This document shows, in pieces, positions 47,715 to 57,957 of a stretch of DNA of 64,000 nt. The notes beneath the pieces were generated by a model. That model had not been told where the DNA came from. It saw nothing but the letters and a program-made list of their open reading frames with translations, and searched no databases. The stretch comes from an uncultured Pseudomonadota bacterium. GTDB taxonomy: Bacteria; Pseudomonadota; Gammaproteobacteria; Steroidobacterales; Steroidobacteraceae. The position numbers and the translations under genes were made by a program. The stretch is from assembly GCA_963748005.1 (NCBI GenBank), contig CAVVHH010000002.1, positions 2,085,336 to 2,149,335 on the forward strand. Reading direction: 5' to 3'. Every line of letters begins with the position of its first letter. Within the stretch, counting starts at the first letter, position 1.

Positions 47715-48230
47715 ATGTCAGCACCGATGCGCAGTACGTTCTCCCGACTGTTTCTGGAAAGCGAGCAGGGCCTGCGGCGTTATGTGCGCAGATTGCTGCG
47801 CAATCCAGAAGCAACCGAGGACATTGTCCAGGAAGCCTTCCTGCGCACCTACGAACATGCCCAGCGTGTTGACAATCCCCGTGCGTTCCTGTTCTCGACG
47901 GCGCGCAATCTGGCGTTTGACACGTCGCGTAATGAGCGTACCCGCAAGACGGACACGTTAGGGGATTTGGACGCCCTGAACGTCGTATGTCCGGGAGAGT
48001 CGCTCGAAGGCCTGCTGCTCGCGGATGAGCAATCCCGAATGCTCAGGGAGGCCATCGAACTACTCGCGCCGCAGTGCCGGGCAGTATTCGCGCTGAGAAT
48101 ATTTCATTCGTGTTCGTACAAGGAGATCGCACGGCGGCTGAATATTGCTCCGAAAACTGTTGAGAACCATATCGCCCGTGCCTTGAGAGAGACGCACAGG
48201 TTCCTCGAAACGTACGACCAAAACAGATAA
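47715..48230 (+). CDS. ECF (sigma-70 family, FecI-like) RNA polymerase sigma factor
   Basis: Region 2 DIVQEAFLRTY and region 4 SYKEIARRLNIAPKTVENHIARAL. The longest ORF starts at 47658. Confidence 0.85.
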   Translation: MSAPMRSTFSRLFLESEQGLRRYVRRLLRNPEATEDIVQEAFLRTYEHAQRVDNPRAFLFSTARNLAFDTSRNERTRKTDTLGDLDALNVVCPGESLEGLLLADEQSRMLREAIELLAPQCRAVFALRIFHSCSYKEIARRLNIAPKTVENHIARALRETHRFLETYDQNR

Positions 48231-48240
48231 TGCAGTAAGT

Positions 48241-49284
48241 ATGGGCGATTTGTATCAGTTACCCGATGTGCGAGAGGCAGAACGCGAAGCCAGCGAGTGG
48301 ATCGCACGCCTGCAGGCGGATGATGTTTCAGCCGAGGACCGGGCACGATTCGAGGCATGGCGCTCGGCGCATCCGCAGCGCGCTGAAGCTTACGAAAAGC
48401 TCATGGGGACGTGGCGGCAATTTGCCGCCGCCGGGCCATTGGTGCGCGCAGTTTCTTTCGCACAGTCGGTCAGCGAGCCGGCCAATCTTGAGGAGCCGCA
48501 CCGGCGCTGGATGCCGGCGGCGCTGGCCGCCTCGCTGCTGCTGGCCGTCATTGGCGGCTTGTATTTTGTGTTGCTCCCGTCGGGGACGAATTTCACTACC
48601 GCTGTCGGTGAACAGGCCGAAGTTTCCCTGCCAGATGGTTCGACAATCAAGCTCAACAGCAACAGCGTCGCGCACGTCGATTACCGGCCAGATTCCCGAA
48701 TCATCCAGCTGGAAAAAGGCGAGGCTTACTTCAAGGTGGCTCATGACGTAAACAGACCATTCTGGGTAGTGAGCGGCAAGTCCTGGGTGCGTGCCGTGGG
48801 TACCGAATTCAACGTCTACGTGCATGATTCAGGCGTACGCGTCATCGTCAACGAGGGAAAAGTCAAGGTCGGATATGTGAGAACCCTGCGCAACGTGACG
48901 CCCAGCGACGCTGTGCTGGGCGACGTTGCGGCGTCATTCCTGACAGCGGGGCAACAAGCAGAATTGTCGGCTGCTACAACCGTTACCACCGGATTGTCTT
49001 CAGAACAGCTGGTGCACACTCTGGCTTGGCGCGATGGAGTCCTCTATTTCGAGAATCGCTCTCTGGGCGAGGTCGTCGAGGAAGTCAGTCGCTACACCAC
49101 AACGCAGTTGATCGTGGATGACGAAAGGCTGCGGCAGCTGGTGGTGGGCGGTACGTTCCAGGCCAATCCGCAGGGAGCAGAAGCGCTGCTTACCATGCTG
49201 GAGCAGGGTTTCGGCCTGGATGTTCGTCGTACCGAGGGTGCGGTTTATATCGACAACGGCCCTGACAGCAGCCGGAATCAGTGA
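48241..49284 (+). CDS. FecR-family anti-sigma factor / transmembrane sensor
   Basis: Has an N-terminal anti-sigma domain (EASEWIARLQADDVSAEDRARFEAWRSAHPQ), a single TM, and a FecR domain (GSTIKLNSNS...LEKGEAYFKVAHDVNRPFWV). Confidence 0.85.
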   Translation: MGDLYQLPDVREAEREASEWIARLQADDVSAEDRARFEAWRSAHPQRAEAYEKLMGTWRQFAAAGPLVRAVSFAQSVSEPANLEEPHRRWMPAALAASLLLAVIGGLYFVLLPSGTNFTTAVGEQAEVSLPDGSTIKLNSNSVAHVDYRPDSRIIQLEKGEAYFKVAHDVNRPFWVVSGKSWVRAVGTEFNVYVHDSGVRVIVNEGKVKVGYVRTLRNVTPSDAVLGDVAASFLTAGQQAELSAATTVTTGLSSEQLVHTLAWRDGVLYFENRSLGEVVEEVSRYTTTQLIVDDERLRQLVVGGTFQANPQGAEALLTMLEQGFGLDVRRTEGAVYIDNGPDSSRNQ

Positions 49285-49502
49285 CGTGCCGGGTTGTGAT
49301 GCCCGAGTGGTATGGGGTCGGCGCATGGAAAATGATAACGATCAGGCATATTCATGGTTCCTTCAGCCTGGCTGAATCGTGCTGCAGAAGCGGATTCAGT
49401 TGTGAGTGTGATTAAGTGCAACCGCGATTGGGGGTTTTTCTCCTCTCAAGAGTCTCTTGTACTGGAACCGCCCGCAGGCGGGGCCGGATAAAACGATTTG
49501 GC

Positions 49503-52500
49503 ATGTCCATTGGGGGGACGATAGTGGCTGCCGGTCGGGGAGTCGTCGCAGCAGCACGCATGCGGTTGTGGCGGAATCTGATTTTTGCATTGGGTTTGAC
49601 GGCAATGATTCCGTCAATCGCGGTTGCAGATTCAGTCTTCTTCGACATTGCAGCTCAACCACTCCCTGCGGCACTGAAGGTTTTTGCGGAGCAAGCCCGG
49701 ATGCAGTTGCTGTATCAGTACAGCGCTGTGAAGGATGCGCAAGGCGGCCGTGTGCACGGTACTCTGGACAAACGCGTTGCACTGGAACAGATGCTGCGCA
49801 ACACGGGTCTTGAGGTCATCTACAGCTCCGAAGAAGCAGCGACCATTCGCCCCGTTCAGCAATCGTCCCCGTCCCCGCAGCCATTGCAGGCAATTGAAGC
49901 CACGCATGGTGCGCCAGTCGATGCAGGCGAAATCGACAACATGAAGACCCGGGAGAAGACGATGACGAACGACAATTCGCGTTCAAGGCTCTACAGAGTG
50001 TTTGCGCTATGCAGTTCGGTGGCATTCGCCAGCGGCGTGTGCGCCCAAGGCGTTGCACAGCAACCAACCTCGACTGCCGCACAACCAGCGGATGCACGGC
50101 TGGAAGAGGTTGTGATCACAGGTTCACGCGTGATCACCAATGGCAACGACAGCCCGACGCCCGTTACGGTGGTAACCACCGAAGAACTGTCAGCTGTCCA
50201 TCCGGGCAATCTTGTCGAAGCCATGAACGATATGCCGTTGTTCAATGGCTCGCGTGGTCAGAACACCAATCCTGGCAACAATGGCGCGGCAGGCAGTCCT
50301 GCGGGCGCGGCTAATGCGACCAATCAGCTAAACCTGCGCCAGATGGGTGTGCTGCGTACCCTGATTCTGTACGACGGACACCGTGCACCGCCCAGCACCG
50401 CGGACGGCACAGTGGACGTGAACACTATTCCGCAGATGTTGCTGCAGCGCGTCGACGTGGTGACCGGCGGCGTGTCGGCGGTGTACGGCTCAGATGGCGT
50501 CGTTGGTGCAGTGAATTTTGTCACCGATACCAAATTCCAGGGCGTCAAAGTCAATCTGGAAGCGGGTCGATCGGATTACGGCGACGCTGACACGTCCGAA
50601 GTTGGCATTGCCTTCGGCACCAGCCTGTTCAGTGATCGCGGTCATCTCCTGGGCAGCTTTGAAAATCGCCATCAGGCGCCTCTCGAAAGCAAGTTTGACC
50701 GTCCCTGGGGCAAGAATGTTTACACCCTGCAGGGTTTTGGCACCGCGGCGCAGCCGTATTACCAGGTGTCAGGCGCGCGCCAGTCGAACCAGACTTTCGG
50801 TGGCCGCGTCACGGCTGGTCCGCTGGCTTCCTACCTGGGTAATGCTACCGATGGGACTCGCTTTGATACCGGTGGTTATCTCGTGCCATTCGTACGTGGT
50901 ACGCGTTTGGGGTTGGCGCCCACCTATAACGCCTCGGGCAACTGCGGCACCTGCGAAATCGGTGGCGATGGTGGTTATAGCGAAGGTCAGCTCCGCGCGG
51001 GCCTGGATATGAACCAGTTCTATGGACGCTTCGATTTCGACTTCACCGACGATCTGCACGGTTACCTGACGGTGGCCGATACCCGTAATCGCAGTACCGG
51101 CAGGGGCAACGGCTACACCTCTGGCAACTACACCATCACGCGTGACAATGCCTTCCTGCAACCGCAATACCGGAATGCGCTGGGGACCAGTCCGACAGTT
51201 AACACGACGTTCACCCTCGGCAAGATGTTTACTGAAATACCCCGTGCCTATACGGAAACCCACTCCGATCAGCTGTTTGGGGTCGCCGGGCTGCAGGGAA
51301 CGTTGGGGGATTACAAGTGGGATGTGGCTTACACATATAGCGATGGCTCGATCGATGTCCGGCAGAACATGGCGATCGACAATGGCCGTTTCTTTGCCGC
51401 ACTGGACTCGGTACCTTCTGGCGGATGGGTGAATGGCCTGCCCGTAGGCGTGCCGGTATGCCGTGCGTCGCAGACAAATGCAGCCTACGCGGGTTGCGTG
51501 CCGCTGAATCCTTTCGGCCAGAACGCCGGCAGTCAGGCGGCCATCGACTACTTCATACACCCGGTGTCCTACAAAACGAACATTGGCATGGACGATGTCG
51601 CGGCCAGCATCACCGGGGCGCCTTTCAGCACCTGGGCCGGTCCGGTCAATGCAGCACTGTCCGGCGAATGGCGCAAGCTGAGCTATGAAATTGTCAGCGG
51701 GACCCCGGACCCGACGGGCCCGATCCGCGCTAATTGTGCTGGCATTGCTGCTGGCTGTACTGCCACCACGACGGTTTACACCGCCTCAGTTGCCAACCTG
51801 GCCGAGACCACCCAGACGGTTAAAGAAGCAGCGGTGGAATTGAATGTGCCGCTGCTCAAGGACAAGTCGTTCGCGAAGTCCCTTGATATGAGTGCGGCTT
51901 ATCGCATTGCGAACTACGACACCCTGTCAGACAACGCGAATACCTGGAAGGTCGGTATGACCTGGGATCCATTCGATTCGTTGACGGTACGCGCTACCCG
52001 TTCGCGTGACTTCCGTGCACCCAGTCTCGACGAAACATTCCGGACACTGGTCGCTGGTGCGCCTGCCCGAACCTTCAGTGACTCGTTACCCGGCAATCCG
52101 GACTCGCCTCTGAACGCTAACGCGAGTTCCGTGAATTCGGGCAATCCCAATCTGAAGCCCGAAGTGGGCGACACGTTCAGTTACGGTTTCGTATGGCGCG
52201 CGACGCCAAATTTCGATATCACCGTGGATGCCTTTAACATCAAGATTCAGGATGCAATCTTTGTGGTTCAGGGTAATACCCCGGCGTATCAGAATTCCTG
52301 CTATGCGAGCGGCGGAACTTCAGTCTCCAATAATCCGGGCAACAACGTCTACTGCAACCTGATCGTCCGTGATTCAACCAATCACGTGATTCAGTGGCTG
52401 CAAAAGCCGTTTAATCTGGCTGAACTGGATACCTGGGGTGCCGATATCGAGCTCGGCTACAAGACGCTCATTGCCGATAAGCCGTTGTCGTTGCGCCTGT

Positions 52501-52964
52501 TGACCACCTATCAACCGCATCTCATCTACAAGCAACCTGGTCTTGCTGACGCTGACTATGCGGGCGCGTGGTTCGGTACCAATGGCCTGCAATCCAATCC
52601 GGTGTGGCGCGCCACACTGTTCGCGAGCTTCAAGCCCATCGACAGCCTGACGATCGCTGTGCAGGAACGTTGGCGCAGCTCGATGCCCAAGGTGGATGGT
52701 TTCCCGGAATGGGCGGCCGCTCCTGCCTACTATTCGGGGTCGGCGATCAAGTCGATTGCCTACACCAACCTCAATCTGACCTTCTCGCCGAAGCTCGATA
52801 TCGGCAAGCTGGACTTTTTTGTGACCGTGCAGAACCTGTTCAACACCGATCCACCGCAGGCCGGGTTCTGGGGTAACCCGAATCCGGGTCAATTCGGTGA
52901 AGTTCTCGCCGGCGACGACATCATCGGTCGCTACTACACCGCGGGTATTCGCTTCCGCATGTAA
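49503..52964 (+). CDS. TonB-dependent receptor/transducer with N-terminal STN signalling domain
   Basis: STN domain FDIAAQPLPAALKVFAEQARMQLLYQY...LEQMLRNTGLEV. Plug region LEEVVITGSRV...NLRQMGVLRTLILYDGHR. The C-terminus is YYTAGIRFRM. Start alternatives are 49416, 49503 and 49560. Confidence 0.8.
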   Translation: MSIGGTIVAAGRGVVAAARMRLWRNLIFALGLTAMIPSIAVADSVFFDIAAQPLPAALKVFAEQARMQLLYQYSAVKDAQGGRVHGTLDKRVALEQMLRNTGLEVIYSSEEAATIRPVQQSSPSPQPLQAIEATHGAPVDAGEIDNMKTREKTMTNDNSRSRLYRVFALCSSVAFASGVCAQGVAQQPTSTAAQPADARLEEVVITGSRVITNGNDSPTPVTVVTTEELSAVHPGNLVEAMNDMPLFNGSRGQNTNPGNNGAAGSPAGAANATNQLNLRQMGVLRTLILYDGHRAPPSTADGTVDVNTIPQMLLQRVDVVTGGVSAVYGSDGVVGAVNFVTDTKFQGVKVNLEAGRSDYGDADTSEVGIAFGTSLFSDRGHLLGSFENRHQAPLESKFDRPWGKNVYTLQGFGTAAQPYYQVSGARQSNQTFGGRVTAGPLASYLGNATDGTRFDTGGYLVPFVRGTRLGLAPTYNASGNCGTCEIGGDGGYSEGQLRAGLDMNQFYGRFDFDFTDDLHGYLTVADTRNRSTGRGNGYTSGNYTITRDNAFLQPQYRNALGTSPTVNTTFTLGKMFTEIPRAYTETHSDQLFGVAGLQGTLGDYKWDVAYTYSDGSIDVRQNMAIDNGRFFAALDSVPSGGWVNGLPVGVPVCRASQTNAAYAGCVPLNPFGQNAGSQAAIDYFIHPVSYKTNIGMDDVAASITGAPFSTWAGPVNAALSGEWRKLSYEIVSGTPDPTGPIRANCAGIAAGCTATTTVYTASVANLAETTQTVKEAAVELNVPLLKDKSFAKSLDMSAAYRIANYDTLSDNANTWKVGMTWDPFDSLTVRATRSRDFRAPSLDETFRTLVAGAPARTFSDSLPGNPDSPLNANASSVNSGNPNLKPEVGDTFSYGFVWRATPNFDITVDAFNIKIQDAIFVVQGNTPAYQNSCYASGGTSVSNNPGNNVYCNLIVRDSTNHVIQWLQKPFNLAELDTWGADIELGYKTLIADKPLSLRLLTTYQPHLIYKQPGLADADYAGAWFGTNGLQSNPVWRATLFASFKPIDSLTIAVQERWRSSMPKVDGFPEWAAAPAYYSGSAIKSIAYTNLNLTFSPKLDIGKLDFFVTVQNLFNTDPPQAGFWGNPNPGQFGEVLAGDDIIGRYYTAGIRFRM

Positions 52965-52981
52965 TAGCGATGTAGATCAAT

Positions 52982-53021
52982 CGCCCCCTCCATGTGCAAA
53001 CAGGAGGGGGCGCTTTGTTTT
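52982..53021 (+). terminator. Rho-independent terminator
   Basis: CGCCCCCTCC (52982-52991) pairs with GGAGGGGGCG (53003-53012), followed by CTTTGTTTT. Confidence 0.75.
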
Positions 53022-53079
53022 GTATGTACCTGAACTGACCGGGCGAGCCAGTAGATGTAGCGCCTGATAAGCAGGGAAT

Positions 53080-54714
53080 ATGGAGAAGTCTGCTTTGATC
53101 AAATTCAGTGTTCGCAGGTCTGTCACTCGCGTCATGCTTGCAACTGCGGTGATGCTGGCTTCAGGTGTGACAAGCGTGGCGATCGCTGCCATCAATGCTC
53201 CAACGCTTACCGAGTCGGGCCAGGTGTCCGGTGTTCCGGGGCGTGATTCATCCATCACGGTTTTCAAGGGCATTCCTTTTGCGGCGCCACCCGTCGGCGA
53301 GTTGCGCTGGAAAGCACCGCAAGCGTCCACTGCATGGCAGGGCGTGCGCACCGCCGATCAGTTTGGCAACACCTGCCCGCAGCTGATGCGCAATACAGCT
53401 TCCGGCAGTGAAGATTGTTTGTTCCTCAATGTCTGGACCGGCGCCAACTCTGCGAAAGAAAAGCGTCCGGTGTTTGTGTGGATTCATGGTGGACGATTCA
53501 TCTTCGGTGCAGGTTCACAACCCTTGTTTGATGGTGAAGGACTGGCTCGTAAGGGCGTGATCGTTGTGACTTTCAATTACCGGCTGGGCGTGTTCGGTTT
53601 TCTGGCCACGCCCGAGTTGACCCAGGAATCCGGACACAATGCATCTGGTAACTACGGCCTGCTTGATCAGATCGCAGCGCTGCAATGGGTGAGCAGGAAC
53701 ATTGCTGCGTTTGGCGGTGATCCGAATCGCGTGACCATTGCCGGCCAGTCTGCCGGTGCGGGCTCAGTGTTGCAGCTGGTCAACTCACCACTGACCAGGG
53801 GGTTGTTCCGGGGAGCGATTGCTGAAAGTGGTGCGCGTTACGCAAACGATCCGGATATCAGTGGGCTGGCAACTTCTTATCGCTTGCTCAATGGCGCCGA
53901 AGCTGATGGTGTCAAGTACGCTGAAGCACATGGCGCACACTCACTGAAAGAGTTGCGCGCACTGACGATGGAGCAGCTGCTGGTCGGCAACAATGCCAAC
54001 GACGAGGCTTATTCCGGCAAGCCGCCACCGCCGCTGTTTCGTCCAGTTGTGGACGGATGGGTTATAGCAAAAAACTATCGTGAGTCCATGGCGAGTGGTT
54101 CCGTGAACCGGATACCAGTGATTACCGGCAATAACCTTGATGAAAGTGGCGCATCGCCCCAGCCGAATATCAAGCTGGCTGATTATCAGAACACCGCGAA
54201 ACAGAAGTACGGCACACTGGCGGAGGAGTTCCTGAAACTCTATCCAGCTGCTACTGATGCAGAAGCGGGTCAGGCAACCAATGCAGCGGCTCGCGACAGT
54301 TCGCGGGTTTCCACGTTTCTGTGGGGCGCAGAATGGAGCAAGACGACCAGGCGTCCTGCGTACCTGTATTTCTGGACACATGCACCACCTGGACCGGACC
54401 GTGATCGACGTGGCGCTTACCACGAATCCGAGATCAACTACATCTTCAACAACCTGTACGCCACTGATCGGCCGTGGGCTGATGACGATTACAGGATTGC
54501 CGAGATCATGTCTTCGTACTGGGCCAACTTTACGATCAGCGGTGATCCCAATGGCAAGCAGCTCGTTACCTGGCCGGTTGCCGATGCCAAGTCCCCGATC
54601 GTGATGCGCCTTGGTAATGGAGCAGGGGGCGACGGTTTCGGCACGATGCCAGTTGCCGATGCAGCCAGGCTGGAGTTCTGGAAGCGATTCTTCCAGACGC
54701 AGAAACCCTGGTGA
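53080..54714 (+). CDS. Type-B carboxylesterase/lipase family protein (exported)
   Basis: FKGIPFAAPPVGELRW, EDCLFLNVW, active site GQSAGA, and a signal/anchor at the N-terminus. Confidence 0.85.
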   Translation: MEKSALIKFSVRRSVTRVMLATAVMLASGVTSVAIAAINAPTLTESGQVSGVPGRDSSITVFKGIPFAAPPVGELRWKAPQASTAWQGVRTADQFGNTCPQLMRNTASGSEDCLFLNVWTGANSAKEKRPVFVWIHGGRFIFGAGSQPLFDGEGLARKGVIVVTFNYRLGVFGFLATPELTQESGHNASGNYGLLDQIAALQWVSRNIAAFGGDPNRVTIAGQSAGAGSVLQLVNSPLTRGLFRGAIAESGARYANDPDISGLATSYRLLNGAEADGVKYAEAHGAHSLKELRALTMEQLLVGNNANDEAYSGKPPPPLFRPVVDGWVIAKNYRESMASGSVNRIPVITGNNLDESGASPQPNIKLADYQNTAKQKYGTLAEEFLKLYPAATDAEAGQATNAAARDSSRVSTFLWGAEWSKTTRRPAYLYFWTHAPPGPDRDRRGAYHESEINYIFNNLYATDRPWADDDYRIAEIMSSYWANFTISGDPNGKQLVTWPVADAKSPIVMRLGNGAGGDGFGTMPVADAARLEFWKRFFQTQKPW

Positions 54715-55024
54715 CTCAGTCAATCACGGCGACGTTTCCCTGTCTGCCCGGCACGTGGCCACAAGGCAAAGTACCGCGTCAGCTTGAATGAACATTGCCG
54801 ACAGCCGATGGGGCTCGAAGCGATGATTTGCCTCCTACCGAACGATTCGGGGCGCAAAGGGATTAATCGGGCCTGAGATGAGGCCCGCCAGCCGTGCGTC
54901 GCTGGACTGGCTTCGGCGGAAAAGCACGTTTATTCTTCCTATCCCCCGTTGAACCCCCTATCCTCCGGGGTCTAAATACCTGTTCAAAATCTCGGTGTCC
55001 TGTAAGGCCGCCCCGGAGCAAGAC

Positions 55025-55696
55025 ATGCTGAAAACCTTCAATGAATTCGACCGTCGCCCCGATCTGCTGAAGCGGTTCGACGAACTGCTGCCGGCCTATT
55101 CGATCTCCTGCATCTTCGGCGACGTGATGTATCGCCAGAACATCATGCATTCGGCCATCAAGCCGGCTTTCAAGGCCAAGGCCACCGGTCAGGCGATAAC
55201 GGTGCAGCTCTCGGGTGGCGATCTGGTCGATCCGCTGCGAGCGCTGGAGATGGGTCAGCCCGGCGACATCATCGTCGTCGATGCCGGCGGTGATACCGAG
55301 GTTTCGGTGTGCGGCGGACTCATGGGCGGCCTGGCGAAGAATCGCGGCATCCGCGCCATGGTGGTCGATGGCGCCGGACGTGACATCGACGAACTCGAAG
55401 ACATCGCCTGGCCGATCTGGACGCGCGCCATCACGCCGCGCGGCACGCACACGATGTTCTCGCAGCGCAAGGAGGAACTGTCGATCAACGTTCCTGTCGC
55501 ATGCGGCGGCGTGGTGGTGCGGCCGGGCGACTTCATCGTCGCCGACACCATCGGTGTCGTCGTGGTGCCGCTGGAGCGGGCCGATGAATTCCTGACGCTC
55601 GCCAAGGAACAGGCGGAGCGTGAACAGGCCACCCGTGAATGGGTGGCGCAGGGCAAGACTGTCGAGGATCTGCTGGCCAAGTTCGGCCGCATCTGA
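55025..55696 (+). CDS. RraA-family protein (4-hydroxy-4-methyl-2-oxoglutarate aldolase/oxaloacetate decarboxylase-like)
   Basis: GDIIVVDAGGDTEVSVCGGLMGGLAKNRGIRAMVVDGAGRD...VVVRPGDFIVADTIGVVVVP is the typical RraA/HMG aldolase core. Confidence 0.75.
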   Translation: MLKTFNEFDRRPDLLKRFDELLPAYSISCIFGDVMYRQNIMHSAIKPAFKAKATGQAITVQLSGGDLVDPLRALEMGQPGDIIVVDAGGDTEVSVCGGLMGGLAKNRGIRAMVVDGAGRDIDELEDIAWPIWTRAITPRGTHTMFSQRKEELSINVPVACGGVVVRPGDFIVADTIGVVVVPLERADEFLTLAKEQAEREQATREWVAQGKTVEDLLAKFGRI

Positions 55697-55748
55697 ATAC
55701 GCGTCCTCGCAGCGTCCGTCTGCTCAAGAATCCGTTTGATAAAAATTA

Positions 55749-57044
55749 GTGGGGAACGTGGTGGCAAAATCGCAAAGGGTCAGCCGGATACAGAAAATCT
55801 CCGTCGCGCTGCTGGTGGTCGCGGGGCTGGTGAACTATCTCGACCGCAGCACCCTCTCCTTCGCCAACCACGCAATCAGCGAGGAGATGCACCTCAGCGC
55901 CTTGCAGATGGGCATCCTGCTGTCGGCCTTCTCCCTGCCCTATGCGTTCGCCCAGCTGCCGATGGGGCTACTGCTCGACCGGCTGGGCGCGCGCGTGGTG
56001 CTGGGCTTCGGCATTCTCCTCTGGTCGGCGGCCCAGCTCGCCGGCGGGCTGGTGCAGACGCTGAACCAGTTCTACGCCGCGCGTTTCGTGCTGGGGATCG
56101 GCGAGGCCCCGGCCTTCCCGGCGGGCGCCAAGGTGTTCAGCGAGTGGTTCGCCATCAAGGAGCGCGGCCGCCCCACCGGCATCTACGTCGCCTCCACCAC
56201 CATCGCTCCGGCCCTGGCGCCGCCGCTGCTCACCTGGCTGATGCTGCAATTCGGCTGGCGCGGCATGTTCGTGACCATGGGCGCGCTCGGCATCCTCGCC
56301 GGTATCGGCTGGATTGCGCTTTATCGCGACCGCCGCGCCGTGCCGCTGGACGCCAGCGAGATCGACTACCTCAGCGACGGCGACAAGGCCTCGGCCGAGG
56401 AACGCAAGGTCACCGGCGCGGAGTGGGCCGGACTGCTGAGCAAGCGCACCACCTGGGGCATCCTGTTCGGCTGGATGGGCGTCATCTACATGGTCTGGCT
56501 GTACCTCACCTGGCTGCCCGGCTACCTGGAGAGGGAGCGCGGCGTCACCCTGGCGCAGGCGGGCTGGATGGTGATCATTCCCTACATCGCCGGCACCGCC
56601 GGCCAGCTGTCGAGCGGCTTCATCGCCGACGGACTGCTGGCGCGCGGCCTGAAGCCCATCGCCAGCCGCAAATGGCCGATCTGCGTCGGCCTGGTGTGCG
56701 CCGCGCTGTTCACCGTGCCGGCGGCTTACACGCCCAGCCTGGCGCTCGCGATCCTGTACATCTCGCTGGCCATGTTCTTCGTGAACCTGTCGAGCGGCGC
56801 GGGCTGGGCCTGGTCAGTGTTGCCGCCCCGCGCCGGCTGGTGGCGACGCTGGGCAGCTTCATGAATTTCGGCGGCTATCTGGGAGCCTCTTCCGCCCCGG
56901 TGATCACCGGCTATCGTGGTCGACAGTACCGGCTCGTTCGTGCTGGCGCTGCTGATTGCCGCCGCCGTGGCGGTCGCCGGAGCGCTGGTCTACCTCGTCG
57001 TGGTGCGCGATCCGATCAGCGACCCGGCCGCAGGCGGCGTGTAG
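55749..57044 (+). pseudogene. dgoT: MFS D-galactonate-type transporter, disrupted by two frameshifts (or sequence errors)
   Basis: The frame-0 ORF 55749..56864 has YLDRSTLSFAN and typical ACS-family TM helices. The sequence continues in another frame after ~56817 (LVSVAAPRRLVATLGSFMNFGGYLGASSAPVITG) and in a third after ~56910 (IVVDSTGSFVLALLIAAAVAVAGALVYLVVV, stop 57042-57044). Confidence 0.7.
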
Positions 57045-57051
57045 GTCCGCT

Positions 57052-57955
57052 ATGGCTTCAGCTGCATTGCTGGCCTGCGACTGGGGCACTACCAATCTGC
57101 GCGCGCTGGACGCTGGACGCCGATGGCGCGGTGGTGACAGAGACAGAACTTCCACTTGGCGTATCGACGCTGGCTCCCGGCGAAGCGGCGTCGACGCTTC
57201 GAGCAGGAAGTTCGTCCGGCGCTCGGCGCAGCGGGATTGCCGGCCATCCTGTGCGGCATGGTGGGCTCCAACCTTGGCTGGGCGCTGGCTCCTTATGCCG
57301 ACTGCCCTGCGGGATTCGCGGATCTCGCGCGCTGCTGCGATCGCAGGTTGCGCCGCAGGTGCGGATTATCCCCGGCCTGCGCTGCGCTGGACTGACCGGT
57401 GCGCCGGATGTCATGCGCGGCGAGGAAACCCAGGTGCTGGGCTGGCTCGCGCAACATCCCGACCGGCAGCAAGGCCGCCACCTGGTCTGCCACCCGGGCA
57501 CGCACGCCAAGTGGGTGGTGGTCGAAGATGGCCGCATCGTCCGCTTCGTGACCGCCATGACCGGTGAAATGTTTGCCGTGCTGTCAGCAAGCACAGCGTG
57601 CTGAAGAGCGATGCGCCCGCCAACGACGACGCGGCCTTCGAGGCGGGGCTCGCTGCTGCGGGCGACGGCAATGCGCTTGCTGGCGCGACTGTTCAGCGCC
57701 CGTTCGCGCGTGGCAGGCGGCGATGCCAGGGCGGAATCCACGCCCAGCTACCTGTCAGGCCTGCTCATCGGCTCGGAAGTCGCCAGCCTGCCGGCGCTGC
57801 TGGATGGTGGGGGCACAACAGTAGATCTGCTCGGCGATGCTGCGCTTTGCGGTCGCTACCGACACGCTCTGGAGAAACGCAATATCAAGTCCGAGACCTT
57901 CGACGGCAAGTCGGCGGCGATCGCCGGCCTGCTCGCCCTGCACCGGATGAGCTGA
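57052..57955 (+). pseudogene. dgoK: 2-dehydro-3-deoxygalactonokinase, fragmented across three frames (about 5 frameshifts)
   Basis: Conserved DgoK blocks occur in successive frames: ACDWGTTNLRA | WTLDADGAVV... | CGMVGSNLGWALAPY | IIPGL...VMRGEETQVLGW...HPGTHAKWV...MTGEMFAVL | HSVLKS...FEAGL | LFSARS...YLSGLLIGSEVAS. Confidence 0.7.
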
Positions 57956-57957
57956 AC

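Noticed and set aside
49285-49502. Possible ECF-type promoter (GGAAC at ~49463, spacer, GGATAAA) upstream of the TonB transducer
   Set aside because: The -10 element does not match the CGTC-like consensus, and the position is too close to the candidate start codons. It cannot be supported without TSS data.
55736-57604. 622-aa ORF spanning the dgoT/dgoK region
   Set aside because: The product is rich in Arg, Pro and Gly and looks like nonsense over most of its length. It is open only because of very high GC, and it coincides with the true reading frame only in short segments of the frameshifted dgoT and dgoK genes.
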